64,000 bases of DNA from Bacteroidota bacterium (GTDB lineage Bacteria; Bacteroidota; Bacteroidia; NS11-12g; UBA955), in assembly GCA_947496065.1 (NCBI GenBank), contig CANMBF010000001.1, positions 70,018-134,017 on the forward strand. The letters are read 5' to 3'. Each line of letters begins with the position of its first letter. Position 1 is the stretch's first letter. The notes beneath the pieces are model-generated. The model ran no database searches. It was not told the origin of the DNA and was given only the letters and a program-made list of their open reading frames with translations. Both the position numbers and the translations under genes were made by a program. This document shows, one piece after another, positions 63,206 through 64,000 of the stretch.

Positions 63206-63879
63206 TGGTAATTGCTGTCATCACTGCTAGGGCCAATTCAAAAGGTTTGCCAGGAAAAAACATGATGGATTTAGGTGGAATACCGCTTATCCAACATTCG
63301 ATGGCCATTGCTTGTGAATCGAAAGCATTTGATGCAGTTGTATTAAGTACAGATTTAATAGAAGCCATTGATTTGGCTAAACAGCAATATCCAGAAATAG
63401 AAATTCCTTTTGTTCGTCCCGACCATTTATGTGGCGATAAGACCACCCATGTTGAGGTTATTAATCACTTGCTGGACTACTATAAAAATGAAAATAGGGC
63501 TGTTGATCACCTTGTTTTATTACAACCTACTACACCATTTCGTTTGAAAGAAGAAATGTTGGAAGGGGTAAAATTATTAAAGCATGGCGCTGACTCCGTT
63601 TTAGGTGTTTCACCTGTAATGCACCATCCTGCAGATTATTTATTCAAAAATAAACAAGGGAAAATTGAATACCTAATGCCCGAATTCAAGGCAAGTCGCA
63701 GACAAGATTTCCCCGATATTTATTTTAACAATGGTGCTTTTTATGGATGCAGTACTGCGTTTTTCAAAGCCACCCAATCGTTTTTCGATGAAAACAGTGA
63801 ATTGTTAATCATGGGTGAAAATGCATTAATTGATATAGATACCGCATTTGATATGAAATTGGCCAGGGCACTGGTATAA
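63205..63879 (+). CDS. neuA: Acylneuraminate cytidylyltransferase (CMP-nonulosonate synthetase)
   Basis: ARANSKGLPGKN, VRP..L..D, LLQPTTPFR, NGAFY, IDIDT..D: NeuA-type, not KdsB-type (ARY.S.R.PGK). Confidence 0.88.
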   Translation: MVIAVITARANSKGLPGKNMMDLGGIPLIQHSMAIACESKAFDAVVLSTDLIEAIDLAKQQYPEIEIPFVRPDHLCGDKTTHVEVINHLLDYYKNENRAVDHLVLLQPTTPFRLKEEMLEGVKLLKHGADSVLGVSPVMHHPADYLFKNKQGKIEYLMPEFKASRRQDFPDIYFNNGAFYGCSTAFFKATQSFFDENSELLIMGENALIDIDTAFDMKLARALV

Positions 63880-63883
63880 CTTT

Positions 63884-63896
63884 AAAAAAAAAAAAA
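63884..63896 (+). repeat. A13 homopolymer immediately upstream of the neuB start
   Basis: TTT-A13-T-ATG between the neuA stop and the neuB start. Confidence 0.85.
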
Positions 63897-63897
63897 T

Positions 63898-64000
63898 ATG
63901 AAACCATTTTTTGAAATAAAAGGCAGAAAAATTGGGTATGACTTCGATCCATTGGTCATTGCCGAAATAGGAATAAACCATGAAGGCTCGCTTAAAACAG
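63898..64000 (+). CDS. neuB: N-acetylneuraminate synthase, 3'-truncated by the window edge (not in the ORF track)
   Basis: Translates MKPFFEIKGRKIGYDFDPLVIAEIGINHEGSLKT; the EIGINHEGSL motif is typical of SiaC/NeuB1-type synthases. Confidence 0.88.
   Translation, partial: MKPFFEIKGRKIGYDFDPLVIAEIGINHEGSLKT

Noticed and set aside
63205..63879. Cytidylyltransferase as KdsB completing a standard Kdo8N locus
   Set aside because: Motifs are NeuA-type and the next gene is a NeuB-type synthase.

Overview
AT-rich bacterial chromosome segment, almost certainly Bacteroidota (T9SS-type C-terminal sorting domain, TAnnTTTG promoter boxes, UpxY antiterminator). Positions 1-32.7 kb are housekeeping genes: nadC, 2-oxoacid:ferredoxin oxidoreductase, tsaB, 3-hydroxyanthranilate dioxygenase, asnS, rpoN, bshA, purEK, SOD, trhO and a repeat-extended RluB-like enzyme. 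Positions 32.7-64 kb are a large surface-polysaccharide region that runs off the right edge. It holds an inverted MBOAT/SGNH O-acylation cassette bracketed by IS982-family relics, and a decayed IS3 element nested in the IS982 copy with a 4-bp target duplication. Then comes a UpxY-led operon with wzm/wzt, a 4-amino-sugar module, several polytopic membrane proteins, and a KdnB/KdnA-like oxidase/transaminase pair coupled to NeuA/NeuB sialic-acid-type genes. The best candidate for an undescribed system is that last block, which may make a terminally (C9) aminated nonulosonic acid. No tRNA, rRNA or CRISPR array was seen. All functional calls come from motif recognition by eye, without database searches.
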